Made by a program: the position numbers and the translations under genes
In this document: positions 18,646-29,600 of the stretch, piece by piece
How positions within the stretch are numbered: position 1 is the stretch's first letter
Layout: each line of letters starts with the position of its first letter
The notes under the pieces: generated by a model
What the model saw: the letters and a program-made list of their open reading frames with translations, nothing else
Told to the model about the DNA's origin: nothing
Database searches by the model: none
From: a virus
Lineage: Duplodnaviria > Caudoviricetes
Strand: one strand, 5' to 3'
IMG/VR virus record: IMGVR_UViG_3300008107_006173
Length of the DNA stretch: 64,000 nt

Positions 18646-19902
18646 ATGACAAAGTCTAATACATACTGTGCGCTACCATGGATACACTTGGGTACACACC
18701 CACATGGAGGGGTTACACCCTGCTGTATAAGTGATATGACCGCGGGTAAGAACCGTGCTCGTAACTATACTAACAGTAATGATCAGTTCCTTAACTTAAA
18801 TGAACATAGTATAGATGCTCACATGAACAGTGATTACTATAAGCAAATAAGATTAGAAATGCTGCGTGGTCTCAAGCCCGCTGCATGTATGAGGTGTTAT
18901 GATGAAGAAGCTAAGGGTATCGTATCAAAGAGACAGTACGAGCAAACGCAATATCCTGATCGTGATATTGGATGGGCTAGCAGTACTACTGCTGGTGATG
19001 GCTCTATTACTACCAGTCTTGAGTTTGTTGAGCTTCGTCTCGGTAATGTATGTAATGTTCAATGTCGTACATGTAATCCAGCAAGCAGCAGTAAATGGCG
19101 TCGAGACTATGAAGAAGTGGTTGAGAAGCTAGAGTTTGTTAATGATGGCTATTCGTGGTTAGATCACAAGCGTGACTTTAAGTGGCCTGAAAATGATAGC
19201 TTCTATGAGGACTTGTATGAGTGTGCGCCTAGTATGCGTGTGCTGTATATAAATGGTGGCGAGCCTACATTAATTAAAGCACATTGGCGTTACCTGCGTA
19301 AGCTGGTAGAGTCGGGTCGCAGTAAGAATATAGTGTTATGGTATAACATTAACATGACTAACTTGCCCGATGAAGCACGCGAACTGTGGAGCGAATTTAA
19401 AGAAACTCGACTGTGTGCTAGCATAGATGATCTAGATCTACGCAATCATTACATACGCTATCCTACATTTTGGAGTGATGTTAAGACTAATCTAAACACA
19501 GTATTAGAGTGGAGTCGAGCTTGTCCCAGTATAGTTGTGCGTATTACCACAACTGTTAGTGCATATAACTTCCCCTACTTGGATCTGTTTCTTAAATGGG
19601 CGCCCTGTCCAGTGGATCTAAACTATGTGTATGATCCTCATTACTTGAGTCCAATGGTACTGCATCCTGATATACGAGCTCGTATATTTGATCGCTATAG
19701 GACTACCATGGGCAATGATCCTCATCTAGGGTCACTGTTAAGCATGTATAACAACTGTGATTGGAACCCGGAACATTGGGCTCAATACTGCCGTTACAAT
19801 CATGTACTAGACGCTCAACGCGGTGCTGTTACTTGGGATCGCGTGTATCCTGACATGGCTGCGCTGTGTGATCAGATGAACATTAAGTGGGATTATAAAT
19901 AA
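18646..19902 (+). CDS. Twitch-domain radical SAM protein
   Basis: CNVQCRTC, NGGEPT, N-terminal YCALPW/PCC/ACMRC. Confidence 0.9.
   Translation: MTKSNTYCALPWIHLGTHPHGGVTPCCISDMTAGKNRARNYTNSNDQFLNLNEHSIDAHMNSDYYKQIRLEMLRGLKPAACMRCYDEEAKGIVSKRQYEQTQYPDRDIGWASSTTAGDGSITTSLEFVELRLGNVCNVQCRTCNPASSSKWRRDYEEVVEKLEFVNDGYSWLDHKRDFKWPENDSFYEDLYECAPSMRVLYINGGEPTLIKAHWRYLRKLVESGRSKNIVLWYNINMTNLPDEARELWSEFKETRLCASIDDLDLRNHYIRYPTFWSDVKTNLNTVLEWSRACPSIVVRITTTVSAYNFPYLDLFLKWAPCPVDLNYVYDPHYLSPMVLHPDIRARIFDRYRTTMGNDPHLGSLLSMYNNCDWNPEHWAQYCRYNHVLDAQRGAVTWDRVYPDMAALCDQMNIKWDYK
19894..19901 (+). promoter_or_regulatory. T4-type late promoter consensus TATAAATA
   Basis: Exact match overlapping the stop codon, 5 nt before ATG 19907. 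Confidence 0.4.
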
Positions 19903-19906
19903 GCAC

Positions 19907-21460
19907 ATGGACAGAATACAAACATTTTTAGACGTGTTGGCGCGGGAATACACCAACAATGGCTACGAGGGCCGCTACACACAGTTACTTAAATCAGCAT
20001 TTGATCGTGGTTGGAACAGCTATAGCATGACCGCACAGTACGAGCCCTTGCTTATAGCCATAGAAGACATGCGCTATAATCCCGATGGCAGTCAGCGTTT
20101 GGGCATACCCAACGGCTGGCCCAAGGGCAGATTAGAACTACAGCAGTTTCTAGATGAAAACTGGGCTGTGGGTAACCAGGGTCAAATTTGGGATTTGCAG
20201 ATTGTGGATCAGGTAGAAGCACTGGTAGCATCGGGTCGTATGCACATGAACAGTTGGTTTATCACACAGTGGGACATGGAGAATCGCGAGCCTTTGGGTC
20301 ACGCAGGTCGATTGGCTGCGCTGGATACTATACCCCAGGGTGAACGCTATGTGTTTCCAATCAGCATCAACGGGTCAGCACACTTTGTTTTAGCCAGCGT
20401 ACTGGATCGTGGTGTGTGGATTCCACAGCGTGTGGTAGAGGATTGCAGACAGGGCCTGGCTCGCATACTGTTTCATGAAGTATATGAGGGTCACGGGTTC
20501 AACGACACACATGTTAAAACATTCCTAGAATCCCACAGTCGTGCCTACAACATTCCCATGAACACCATGGCATTTATGGATGCTAACTTTCTCACACCTG
20601 CGCTACAAGCAGAATATGGCAGCGTGGGCTTTTACTATCCCTATTGGGAGAATCATGTGGGCAGCGGACACGAATGGCATCATAACAATCGTGTTAAAGT
20701 AGACAGTCATATTAAACGATTGCGAGCAGGTGAATCTCGGCATCCCCACAACATCGTACATCTAAATCGTCGTCCTCGCTGGCATCGTAGTGTAAGCACA
20801 GCAGCCTGTTTCTATCGCATGAGTGATGCTAGTGTGCTGTGGACCTATACTGAACCTCCCAATGACTGGACTGCGGTAGGACCCTATGCGGGCAACAATC
20901 TCCGGGGCGATCCAGATTGGGATGCAGAGCGTTTTGTTAATGCCAGCCGCGGTGAGGGTGGTTATCCTCCCATTATTGATGATGACTATTTGAGCATAAT
21001 ACCCAAGCTATACGATGTGGACTGCTCTGTAAACGACACATTCCTCAACTGTGATGTACAGTATCAGGGCGCTGTTAACTGGACCAACGAAACTATGTTT
21101 GTGGAACCTAACACAGTATTCTTCAGTGAAAAGACATTTAAGCCAATACTAGCAGCTCAGCCCTTTATACTAGCAGGTAATGCGGGCATGATGCGTCACT
21201 TACATGACTTGGGTTATAAGACTTTCCACCCCTATATTGATGAAAGCTACGACATGGAAACCAATCCCGCAAAGCGTATGAGCATGATATTAACAGAAGC
21301 AGAGCGTATAGCACGACTCAGCCCTGCCGAAATGCGAGTGTTTTTGAAGCGTGTTGCGCCCACGGTCATACACAACTATGAACTAATACAACGTCGCATG
21401 TTGGAATGCACACCTAAAACCAAGATCATCAACGACATTTATCAATGGGTACACAGTTAA
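19907..21460 (+). CDS. Hypothetical protein with a GT-B-like C-terminal domain
   Basis: FSEKTFKPILAAQPFILAG...LGYKTFHPYIDESYD; paralogous block in 16385..17518. Confidence 0.55.
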   Translation: MDRIQTFLDVLAREYTNNGYEGRYTQLLKSAFDRGWNSYSMTAQYEPLLIAIEDMRYNPDGSQRLGIPNGWPKGRLELQQFLDENWAVGNQGQIWDLQIVDQVEALVASGRMHMNSWFITQWDMENREPLGHAGRLAALDTIPQGERYVFPISINGSAHFVLASVLDRGVWIPQRVVEDCRQGLARILFHEVYEGHGFNDTHVKTFLESHSRAYNIPMNTMAFMDANFLTPALQAEYGSVGFYYPYWENHVGSGHEWHHNNRVKVDSHIKRLRAGESRHPHNIVHLNRRPRWHRSVSTAACFYRMSDASVLWTYTEPPNDWTAVGPYAGNNLRGDPDWDAERFVNASRGEGGYPPIIDDDYLSIIPKLYDVDCSVNDTFLNCDVQYQGAVNWTNETMFVEPNTVFFSEKTFKPILAAQPFILAGNAGMMRHLHDLGYKTFHPYIDESYDMETNPAKRMSMILTEAERIARLSPAEMRVFLKRVAPTVIHNYELIQRRMLECTPKTKIINDIYQWVHS

Positions 21461-21461
21461 T

Positions 21462-22295
21462 ATGTGGCAACATCTAGTAACCAGTGGATGCAGTTTCAGT
21501 GATAACCTGCGTCCCCCCAATGGCGATCTTACTCGTTGGCCCATGTTTCTCGCAGACTATACAGGTATGAAGCTGTATAACCGAGGACAGGGCAGCGCGG
21601 GCAATGATTGGATTGCAGACAGCACTATATATCAGCTTAGTGAACTGTTAAACCAAGGCTGCAAACCCCAGGAAATCATAGCCATAGTTATGTGGAGCGG
21701 TATTGATCGCAACAGTATCTTTATCAGCAGCGATGGTACACCTAAATACGCGGATCTGCATGTGGAACAGTTTATGAGTAATCCCGCTAGTTTCACAGCT
21801 AATCCTGCTAATGAATACTATAATCCTCCCCGAGAAGGTTCAGGATGGCTGTTAGGGTCTGCACATTGCAGTTTCCCCAACGATAACATACAGCAGTACA
21901 AGCAGCTATTGGTAGCTCGCTACTTAAATGACGAAGCATTAATGATTCGCAGCCTAGATAATTGGTTAAAGCTGCAATGGTTCTGTGCTGCACGGGGAGT
22001 TAAGTTAGTTAATTTAACTTATATGAATATATGGCACTATCCAGGCTACGGTTATATCAGTGATAAAGATCAGACTTTAGAATCAATCCCCTATTTTTAC
22101 GATCATTATGGTTCTAACATACAACACTTATACAGGGAATTAGATCAAAGTCAATGGTTATTTTATGGTGATCGAGGTGGTATGTATGAATGGTGCAGAG
22201 CAGAAGGTCTGGGCTTTTACAGTGATCTCGTGCATCCCAGTATAGATAGTCATCGCAAGTTTGCAGAGGAGTGGCTATGGCCAAGAATATCATAA
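21462..22295 (+). CDS. SGNH-like protein
   Basis: LVTSGCSFS, GSAGND, MWSG, DLVHP. Confidence 0.6.
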   Translation: MWQHLVTSGCSFSDNLRPPNGDLTRWPMFLADYTGMKLYNRGQGSAGNDWIADSTIYQLSELLNQGCKPQEIIAIVMWSGIDRNSIFISSDGTPKYADLHVEQFMSNPASFTANPANEYYNPPREGSGWLLGSAHCSFPNDNIQQYKQLLVARYLNDEALMIRSLDNWLKLQWFCAARGVKLVNLTYMNIWHYPGYGYISDKDQTLESIPYFYDHYGSNIQHLYRELDQSQWLFYGDRGGMYEWCRAEGLGFYSDLVHPSIDSHRKFAEEWLWPRIS

Positions 22296-23101
22296 AGCGT
22301 TTAGGCGTATGTGGGGACAGTTGGATGAGTGCTGTAAAGCCTCCCCGTGATGGTCACAGCAGACATTTCACACAGCAGATTGCTGAATATTTCGGTAGTG
22401 AATATGTAACATATGCTCGCGGCGCTTGTAGTAATCCCGTAATTAGACTGCAAATAGATGCGTGTATAGCTGCGGGCTGTGATTATGTTATAGTAAAAGA
22501 TACTACACCAGATCGAGGTGAATTCCCCATTGGGGGCGGATATAGATTCAGAGATGGTATATTAAATGTATTATATCACGGTGATGATGTAAGCTGCGAC
22601 AACAGTGACTTCAGCAGTATTGGTGTACAGCGTAATGCTAGTCTATTAAGCAATACATATAATAACATAGTTAAAGATGATGGTAGTGTGTTTAAAGACC
22701 CCAACGGACAGTTAATGGCCAGTGATTATCACGGTTTTGATAGATTAAGTAACGGACAAGTGGGTAACCTACACAAGTATATACTATACTATCACGAGAC
22801 TAATTGGCGACTGCATCAGGACGCTTGGATATTGCGTGACGGACTGCGAGCATTAGATGATGCAGGTATAGCCTATAGCTACATCAGCAGCTATACTTAC
22901 GGTGTGGGACTATTTGAACAAAGCGAAAAGATTATATTACCCAATAGTCCGCTTAATCCCGCACACAGTGACTATGAATGTGCAGAAGGTGATCCACGCG
23001 GCTTGCCCAAAGCTCGTTATCATACGCATGTAGAGGAACAGGACGTGATAGCCAAAGCGTGGATAGATGTATTGCGAGGCAAGGGATATGGCAAAGTTTA
23101 A
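22277..23101 (+). CDS. SGNH-like protein
   Basis: LGVCGDSW, RGACSN, C-terminal YHTH; start could be 22271 or 22277. Confidence 0.55.
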   Translation: MAKNIIKRLGVCGDSWMSAVKPPRDGHSRHFTQQIAEYFGSEYVTYARGACSNPVIRLQIDACIAAGCDYVIVKDTTPDRGEFPIGGGYRFRDGILNVLYHGDDVSCDNSDFSSIGVQRNASLLSNTYNNIVKDDGSVFKDPNGQLMASDYHGFDRLSNGQVGNLHKYILYYHETNWRLHQDAWILRDGLRALDDAGIAYSYISSYTYGVGLFEQSEKIILPNSPLNPAHSDYECAEGDPRGLPKARYHTHVEEQDVIAKAWIDVLRGKGYGKV

Positions 23102-23858
23102 AATACTAGTAGTAGGCGATAGTTTTGCACTATTAGATAAAAAGCACAGTCACTGGGCTCGATTATGGGCTCACAAGCTAAATGGTGAAACTGAGCATGT
23201 AGCAATGAGCGGCGGAAGTCATGTAAGCATAGTTAATCACGCTATGGCAGTTAAACCCAATTTAAGTGAATATGCGGGCGTTATGTACTTTATTACGGAT
23301 CTATTTAGACTAGAGGGTGTGGATCACAGTCAAAAGCCACCCGATGCGCCCTACAGTGATCACAACGCTATAGATGCACTACTACGCTTAAATGACTATA
23401 AAGATGAACGTCACGATCGTGATTGGAATAATGCACTAGATTGGCAGCAGCGAGACCCACCTTTGGATTGGATACAGGCTTATAGCGGTTTTAGTGCTAT
23501 GCCCACACTATACAGAGAACATCGTGTGCCCACTGCGCTATACGATAATATCAGCTTGAGATGGCTAGCCACTGCTAATGCTACTGCACTACGCTACTAC
23601 ATACAGTTCTGTACTGCTCAGAATGTACCCTTTATCGGCATAAACAGCGCATGGGAGCAGGGTATTGATGTAATTAAGAGTACTACACCCTATAACAGTT
23701 GGTTAATGACCACTACGGGAGAGCATCGCAGTTTGATCGCTTATCATACCAGCAGCAGCAGTAATCACGTGGATATCGATACCGCAATGACTATGAGCAA
23801 GCGTTTCCATACTACTGCATACTCTGAGGGCTTGTTTCCCATAGCTATACAGAGTTAG
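23088..23858 (+). CDS. SGNH-like protein
   Basis: ILVVGDSFA, SGGSH, C-terminal SNHV; start re-called at ATG 23088. Confidence 0.55.
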   Translation: MAKFKILVVGDSFALLDKKHSHWARLWAHKLNGETEHVAMSGGSHVSIVNHAMAVKPNLSEYAGVMYFITDLFRLEGVDHSQKPPDAPYSDHNAIDALLRLNDYKDERHDRDWNNALDWQQRDPPLDWIQAYSGFSAMPTLYREHRVPTALYDNISLRWLATANATALRYYIQFCTAQNVPFIGINSAWEQGIDVIKSTTPYNSWLMTTTGEHRSLIAYHTSSSSNHVDIDTAMTMSKRFHTTAYSEGLFPIAIQS

Positions 23859-24147
23859 ATCGCCGAGAACCGTCACGAATAGAAAGGCGGTAGGCTGTGG
23901 TGATTTTACACCTGCGTGTTGAGCTGTATTTACAGTCAATTATAGTGTAATAAGATTGGATTACGCTCTAATAACTCTTATTTACTATGTAATTAGCTGT
24001 GCATTACGGGAGTTTAACTCTCAATTACACAAGTTATTTTTGCATTTAAACGTGATAAAAATCAATTAAATGGGAAATAAATTGGTTTAATTTCAATATT
24101 AAATAATTAAGCTGAATAATTTCGCTAAGTAATACAAGGAGCAGACT

Positions 24148-24309
24148 ATGAGCGAACAGAATAAAAATGATTTACCGCAGAATTATGTGCCGCAGGATCA
24201 GGTGATTCCGCCCACACCCTTAGACAGTGATCTTACTCCTGAAGAGGAAGAAATCCTCAAGCGTAAGCTAGCAGAGCTACGTCGTCGAGACCCATTTATA
24301 TACCGTTAA
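24148..24309 (+). CDS. Small hypothetical protein, 53 aa (not in the track)
   Basis: SD AAGGAG; MSEQNKNDLP...EILKRKLAELRRRDPFIYR; the RDPFIY ending is a pattern recalled from T4-like phage small proteins. Confidence 0.7.
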   Translation: MSEQNKNDLPQNYVPQDQVIPPTPLDSDLTPEEEEILKRKLAELRRRDPFIYR

Positions 24310-24310
24310 T

Positions 24311-25012
24311 ATGCGATTAGTGTGCTTTGGAGATAGTTTTACTGCTAGTGCAGGTATACCCGCTGAGGATATTCTCTCGGGTCGTCCACCCAGTTGGATT
24401 GACTTACTGGCAGAGCGTTGGGGCTGCGCGGGCATTACACGGGGTATCAATGGAACGGGGCCTTTAGAGCTATTACATCAACTACAGAATTTTGGTGAAT
24501 TTCTTCCGGGGGATCGTGTATTTTGTGCATTTAGCAGCGTTAAGCGTTTTTGTCTAAGTCCTTATACACCCACTATACATCATTTAAGTGAATTAGCAGA
24601 TCCGCATGAACATTATAATAATAAAAATTCTGCTATGGTCACGCAGCGGGAAATAGATATGGCTATACCTAACGTTAGTCGAGCAGATATGCAGCGTATT
24701 ATTCAAGCACATGGTTGGTATGAATTATTTCTAAATACTGAATATCGTGAACGAAGTCTGCACTATGCAATATTCACGGCATTGGATGGTATAGCAGCAG
24801 CTAATCCACAAGCAGAGTTTTATGTGAAATATTGTTTTATTCAGGATTATGCTTTACATCGCGAGATGAATTTGCAGAGTAAATTCTTTAAATTATTAGA
24901 AGGTGATATGTTCAGCATCTGCGGCGAGCAAGAGGGCATGGACATTACCAATCATTTTACTGTGGACAGCGTGGGGGATTTTGTGAATTATCTAGATGGA
25001 GCGATGCGATGA
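24311..25012 (+). CDS. SGNH-like protein
   Basis: LVCFGDSFT, NGTGP, C-terminal TNHF. Confidence 0.6.
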   Translation: MRLVCFGDSFTASAGIPAEDILSGRPPSWIDLLAERWGCAGITRGINGTGPLELLHQLQNFGEFLPGDRVFCAFSSVKRFCLSPYTPTIHHLSELADPHEHYNNKNSAMVTQREIDMAIPNVSRADMQRIIQAHGWYELFLNTEYRERSLHYAIFTALDGIAAANPQAEFYVKYCFIQDYALHREMNLQSKFFKLLEGDMFSICGEQEGMDITNHFTVDSVGDFVNYLDGAMR

Positions 25013-26523
25013 TAATTTGGGGTATCAGCAGCATGTATCACGACGCTGCGCTGTCAGTATTGGATAATAATAAAATCCTATTTGCGGGTCACAGCGAGCG
25101 TTATAGTCGTGAGAAAAACGACGCATTTTTAAATCGCAAATTAATTAATGCGGGCCTGGATGCAGGGTTTCCTGAGGTTATAGCACTACATGAAACTGCT
25201 TGGGCTAAACGATTGCGCTGTGCTTATAGCAGAGATTGGCAGGGTCTGCGTGAGCCCACACAAACTGATTGGATTCGTCGCTTTTATCCAGAACTGCGAG
25301 ATGTGCCCATTGTAAACTATTGGCATCATCAAACACATGCGGCTGCGGGCGTTTTAACGTCAAAGTTTGATGACTGTGCTGTTATGGTAATTGATGCTAT
25401 AGGTGAATGGGATACTGCTAGTATTTGGCACTGGCGTGATGGTAAATTGCGTAAGCTGCACAGAGTTCGCTATCCTCATAGTCTAGGACTATTTTATAGT
25501 GCTGTTACACATCGCGTGGGACTCAAGCCCAATGAAGATGAATATATTTTGATGGGTATGGCAGCATATGGTAATCCTGATCGTGCGCGACAACTGAGCA
25601 GCGAAATTGATCGCGATTATTTTAAGAGTAGTGCTGGTCCTATGGCAGGTGCTCGTGCTGTGCTGACTCGTAAGAATCTACACAGGGGTTTAAGTCCCAA
25701 TAGTTTCCCTGGCGTGGATCACTTTGACCTAGCATGGGCTGCACAGGATCAAGTGGAACGACGAGTTATTGCATATGCAAATTATGCAAAACAATTAACA
25801 GGTTCAGACAATTTGGTATTCATGGGAGGGGTAGCCCTTAACTGTGTTGCCAACAGTAAATTGTTTGATGTATTCTCAAATGTTCACATCATGCCCAATC
25901 CGGGCGATGCGGGCAGCAGCTTGGGTGCAGCGGCTCTGCACTTATATAACACATCAGGTAAGCATGTGGATTGGCGTGGTCCTTATTTGGGTCATAACAT
26001 TCCAGGTGCATATCCTGTGAGCAGAGCCCTGCAGAGTTTGTCCGCAGGTGAAATATTTGGGATAGCAAATGGGCGAGCTGAATTTGGTCCCAGAGCATTG
26101 GGTAACCGTAGTCTATTAGCAGATCCACGAGGAGGTGACATTAAAGAACGAATGAACGCTATCAAGCAGCGTCAGCAGTTTCGCCCATTTGCACCAGTTA
26201 TATTAGAAGAGCAAGCAGACAAGTATTTTGATATGCCTCAAAAGAATTTGGCTAGTCCCTATATGCAGTTTGTGGCTCGTTGTAAATATCCGCAGGCCTT
26301 CCCTGCTATTATACATGCAGACGGAACCAGCAGAGTACAAACAGTTAATCAACGTCAACACCCAGGACTGTATATGCTGTTGCGTGAGTTTTTCAAACGC
26401 ACAGGCTGTCCAATGTTGGTGAATACCAGCCTTAATATCAAAGGTCAACCCATAGTGAATACTATAGAAGATGCGGCAGCATTTGCCAAACACTACGGCG
26501 TAAATGTACACACCCATGAATAG
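25009..26523 (+). CDS. O-carbamoyltransferase (NodU/CmcH/TobZ family)
   Basis: HDAA, HHQTHAA, VIDAIGE, EFGPRALGNRS, RPFAP, HADGTSRVQTV, NTSLN. Confidence 0.92.
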   Translation: MIIWGISSMYHDAALSVLDNNKILFAGHSERYSREKNDAFLNRKLINAGLDAGFPEVIALHETAWAKRLRCAYSRDWQGLREPTQTDWIRRFYPELRDVPIVNYWHHQTHAAAGVLTSKFDDCAVMVIDAIGEWDTASIWHWRDGKLRKLHRVRYPHSLGLFYSAVTHRVGLKPNEDEYILMGMAAYGNPDRARQLSSEIDRDYFKSSAGPMAGARAVLTRKNLHRGLSPNSFPGVDHFDLAWAAQDQVERRVIAYANYAKQLTGSDNLVFMGGVALNCVANSKLFDVFSNVHIMPNPGDAGSSLGAAALHLYNTSGKHVDWRGPYLGHNIPGAYPVSRALQSLSAGEIFGIANGRAEFGPRALGNRSLLADPRGGDIKERMNAIKQRQQFRPFAPVILEEQADKYFDMPQKNLASPYMQFVARCKYPQAFPAIIHADGTSRVQTVNQRQHPGLYMLLREFFKRTGCPMLVNTSLNIKGQPIVNTIEDAAAFAKHYGVNVHTHE

Positions 26524-26692
26524 AACGCAAAAATTAGTAGTTAAAGAACGCTGCCCTGTGTGTGCTGCTACTCAGGGCAAGCCACATGATCTTGGCTGCG
26601 TGTTTGGCAATGTTATTGCTGACTCACGATATTTAGAATCACAATTAGACGAGCTGCTCAAGCAAGGCGGTCCCGTAGAATCTGATGTTTGA
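26516..26692 (+). CDS. Small protein with CxxC...H..C (possible Zn finger)
   Basis: CPVC...KPHDLGC; coupled to both neighbours. Confidence 0.5.
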   Translation: MNRTQKLVVKERCPVCAATQGKPHDLGCVFGNVIADSRYLESQLDELLKQGGPVESDV

Positions 26693-29600
26693 TGTTTATT
26701 ATCTTGGCGAAAATCCTCAGTTAAAAGCCACGCTGCCTTTTGCGCGAGCTGTGAGCAAACTAACTGACATTCAGCCCGATACTAAAATGTATTGGCTCAT
26801 TGAGCCCAGCATTGAAGTCATAGACTATAGTGTGTTTGAATATCGTCCGCCTGACTATGATCAAACCTATGAGCATGTTTGGAAATGGAACAGCAGTAAC
26901 TACGGCGGCATTAAATTGTTGCCTAAAACCGAGCCTGCAGGAACTAAACAGATAAATCGTGTGGTATGTCGCAAAAGTTTTGACATATTATATACGCTCA
27001 CACCAGAAGAGTATTTTGACGAACATCCGTATGCTAGCCATGTGTGGTGCGTGGATCCTGAATATAAATTAAACAATAATATTGAATGGGCTCCGGATAA
27101 CTTTGAACCTAAGTTCATACATAGTTTTCATTTACGAGGCCAATTGGAGCACAAGTACCCACAGGCCGAGGGCGGTATTAAATTATATCCGCGTAATTGG
27201 AGAACCTGTGCAGTTAAATATCATAGCTTTTTAGATGCAGGTGTTGAGTATCCTGTGTTGTATGTTAGTGATGTAGAAGATTATGCTCAGCGGGATAAGT
27301 TTGCTGATGAATATGTTTGGCTTATAGATCGCGATCACAGCATTAATCCTGCTACACTGGATTGGGTACCCAGCCCGTTTGAACACAACTATATTCATGT
27401 GTTTCGTATGCCCTATCAGCTTGGAGAAAAGTATCCACAGGCTATGGGAGGAGTTAGACTTGTACCCCGCATTTGGCAAGACGCAGAAATAAAAATACAT
27501 CCTGCATGTCCAGTAGCCGATGCAGAATATGATGTATTTTATATTGATGAAGATCAGTTCAACAGCGATACCTACAGCGAATATGCTGCTAGAAGCAAAA
27601 CAGATTGGTTCTGGATTGTGGATAGAGATCATGACTTTAACGGAAAACTATTGTATGTTCCTGCACCGCACGAACAAGAATATATTCATGTGTTTAAGAT
27701 ACCAGATCACCTAGACGATAGATACCCTCAGACTGTTACTGAGCCATGGGATAATCGATGCGGTGGTGTGCGTCTTGTGCATAAGAACTACGACATGACC
27801 AAGCACAAGTATCAAGCAGGTATTGTACCAGTTCGCTATGATATTTTTTATACCAACGACATTAATAACTATGAAGCTTATGCTCGCAAAAGCAGAACTA
27901 AGATGTTTTGGTTAGTGGATCAGGAGCATGAGCTTAACGACGTGTTTAACTATGTTCCTCATCGTTATGATCAAAAGTATATTCATATATTCAAAATACC
28001 AGGTCAACTACAGCACAAATATCCTTTGAGTATTACTAATGTAAGCGACAACCGCACCGGTGGTGTTAAGTTAGTGCCTGTTAAGTACAACGAAACAGAC
28101 GCAAAATACATATCAGGCTCTCCCACAGGCAACAAACAATATCCAATTCTTTATGTAGCTGACCCCACTGATTATTCTATTGTTACACAGGACTGCTGGC
28201 TTATTGATAAAGAATATAAACTAGACAGTGATGTATCATGGGTGCCACCAGACTTCCAGCGCAATATGATTCATACTTTTCATCTTGGTGGCCAGCTTAA
28301 ACACAAATATCCAGAAGCAATGGGCGGCATCCGTTGGGTTCCAAAGTCATGGAGCAATGCAGAGCTGGTAATACACAGCATCAGTCCATTTAGGGATTTA
28401 GAGTTTGAACGGTTCAGCAGCGAAGAAGAAGGCCGTGTTAACAGTAAAAATAACTGGTTCTGGGTAATAGACCCAGATGTTGATGTATTAGATAATTTTA
28501 ACTTTGACTTTATTCCTGAGACATGGGACGAAGGCAAAACACATATTTGGCAGAAGCTAAATCCAATCACAGGTAGACAATATGATTATGCCGGGGTCAT
28601 GTTGTGTCCGAAAGTACCGCAGGCCAAAGGGCGTCCCAAATACATCCGCGAGCCTGCATGTACTCAAAAGCAATATCCGGTAATTTACTTAGATCCACAA
28701 CTCAGTATCGTTGAACAACTTACACACACAAACAGTACTGTAGCTAATTCCATGTATTGGGTTGTGGATCCTTTTACTAAAGTGCAGCCAGACTTTAAGT
28801 TTGACTACTATCCAACACAATGGGATCAACAAAATGTTCATGTATTTGCTGACGAGGACGGTAATTACAGAAACATTAGACTGTATCCTAGGGGAACTTT
28901 CAACAAAGATTATTCGTTAGCTGAGATTGAAAACAACAGTTTTGAAAAGCTCAAGCAAATAAATACTATTGGTAGTCTGCGTCCCACATGGCCAGTTGTG
29001 CATCTACAAGATGTAACCAAAACCGAACTGACCAATGCACTACAGGAAGCGATGAATCGGGGAGTACCGTTCCTGTGGACCATTGACCCCGATGTGCGTG
29101 TCGAACAATGCATTTTGGATGCAGGCTACCTTCCACAAATATCAAACATTGATAAGGTTCATGTGTGGCAGAGAATAAACCCGCACAACAGTAAAACTCA
29201 TAGCTACGGTGGGCTACGATTGTGGCCAACTAATATTAATGTTGATGCGTTGACCACTGATGCAATAAGATTAAACAAGATAAAGAACTTGCAATATGTG
29301 AAGCAAACAGGCAGCACTATTAAACCCTATGACATTGTGTTCTTAAGTTACCACGAGCCTACTGCACAAAGCGCCTACGAGCGTCTTACAGCGCGATTCT
29401 CTGCAACCTGGATCAAAGATGTTCAGGGTATCTTTGATGCACATAAAGCTGCTGCTAGCAGCGTAAACAGTAAAATGTTTTGGGTTGTAGACGCTGATGC
29501 TGACATTGCTGATGACTTTGATTTTAGTTATATTCCTGATGTTTACGATCAAGAAGTAGTGCATGTATGGGCAAGTAGGAATCCTATTACAGGATTGGAA

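Noticed and set aside
18504-18659. 51-codon ORF MTEMTCSMGK... bridging DUF2061 and the radical SAM gene
   Set aside because: It runs through the A/T tract and GC-rich patch, overlaps the next start and has no SD or recognisable features; more likely non-coding.
23924-23935. CTGTATTTACAG as a LexA box
   Set aside because: Spacing is CTG-N6-CAG, not the CTG-N10-CAG of the gammaproteobacterial SOS box.
23703-23939. Minus-strand 78-aa ORF in the AT-rich gap
   Set aside because: TTG start, no SD, and two-thirds overlaps the SGNH-like gene on the plus strand.
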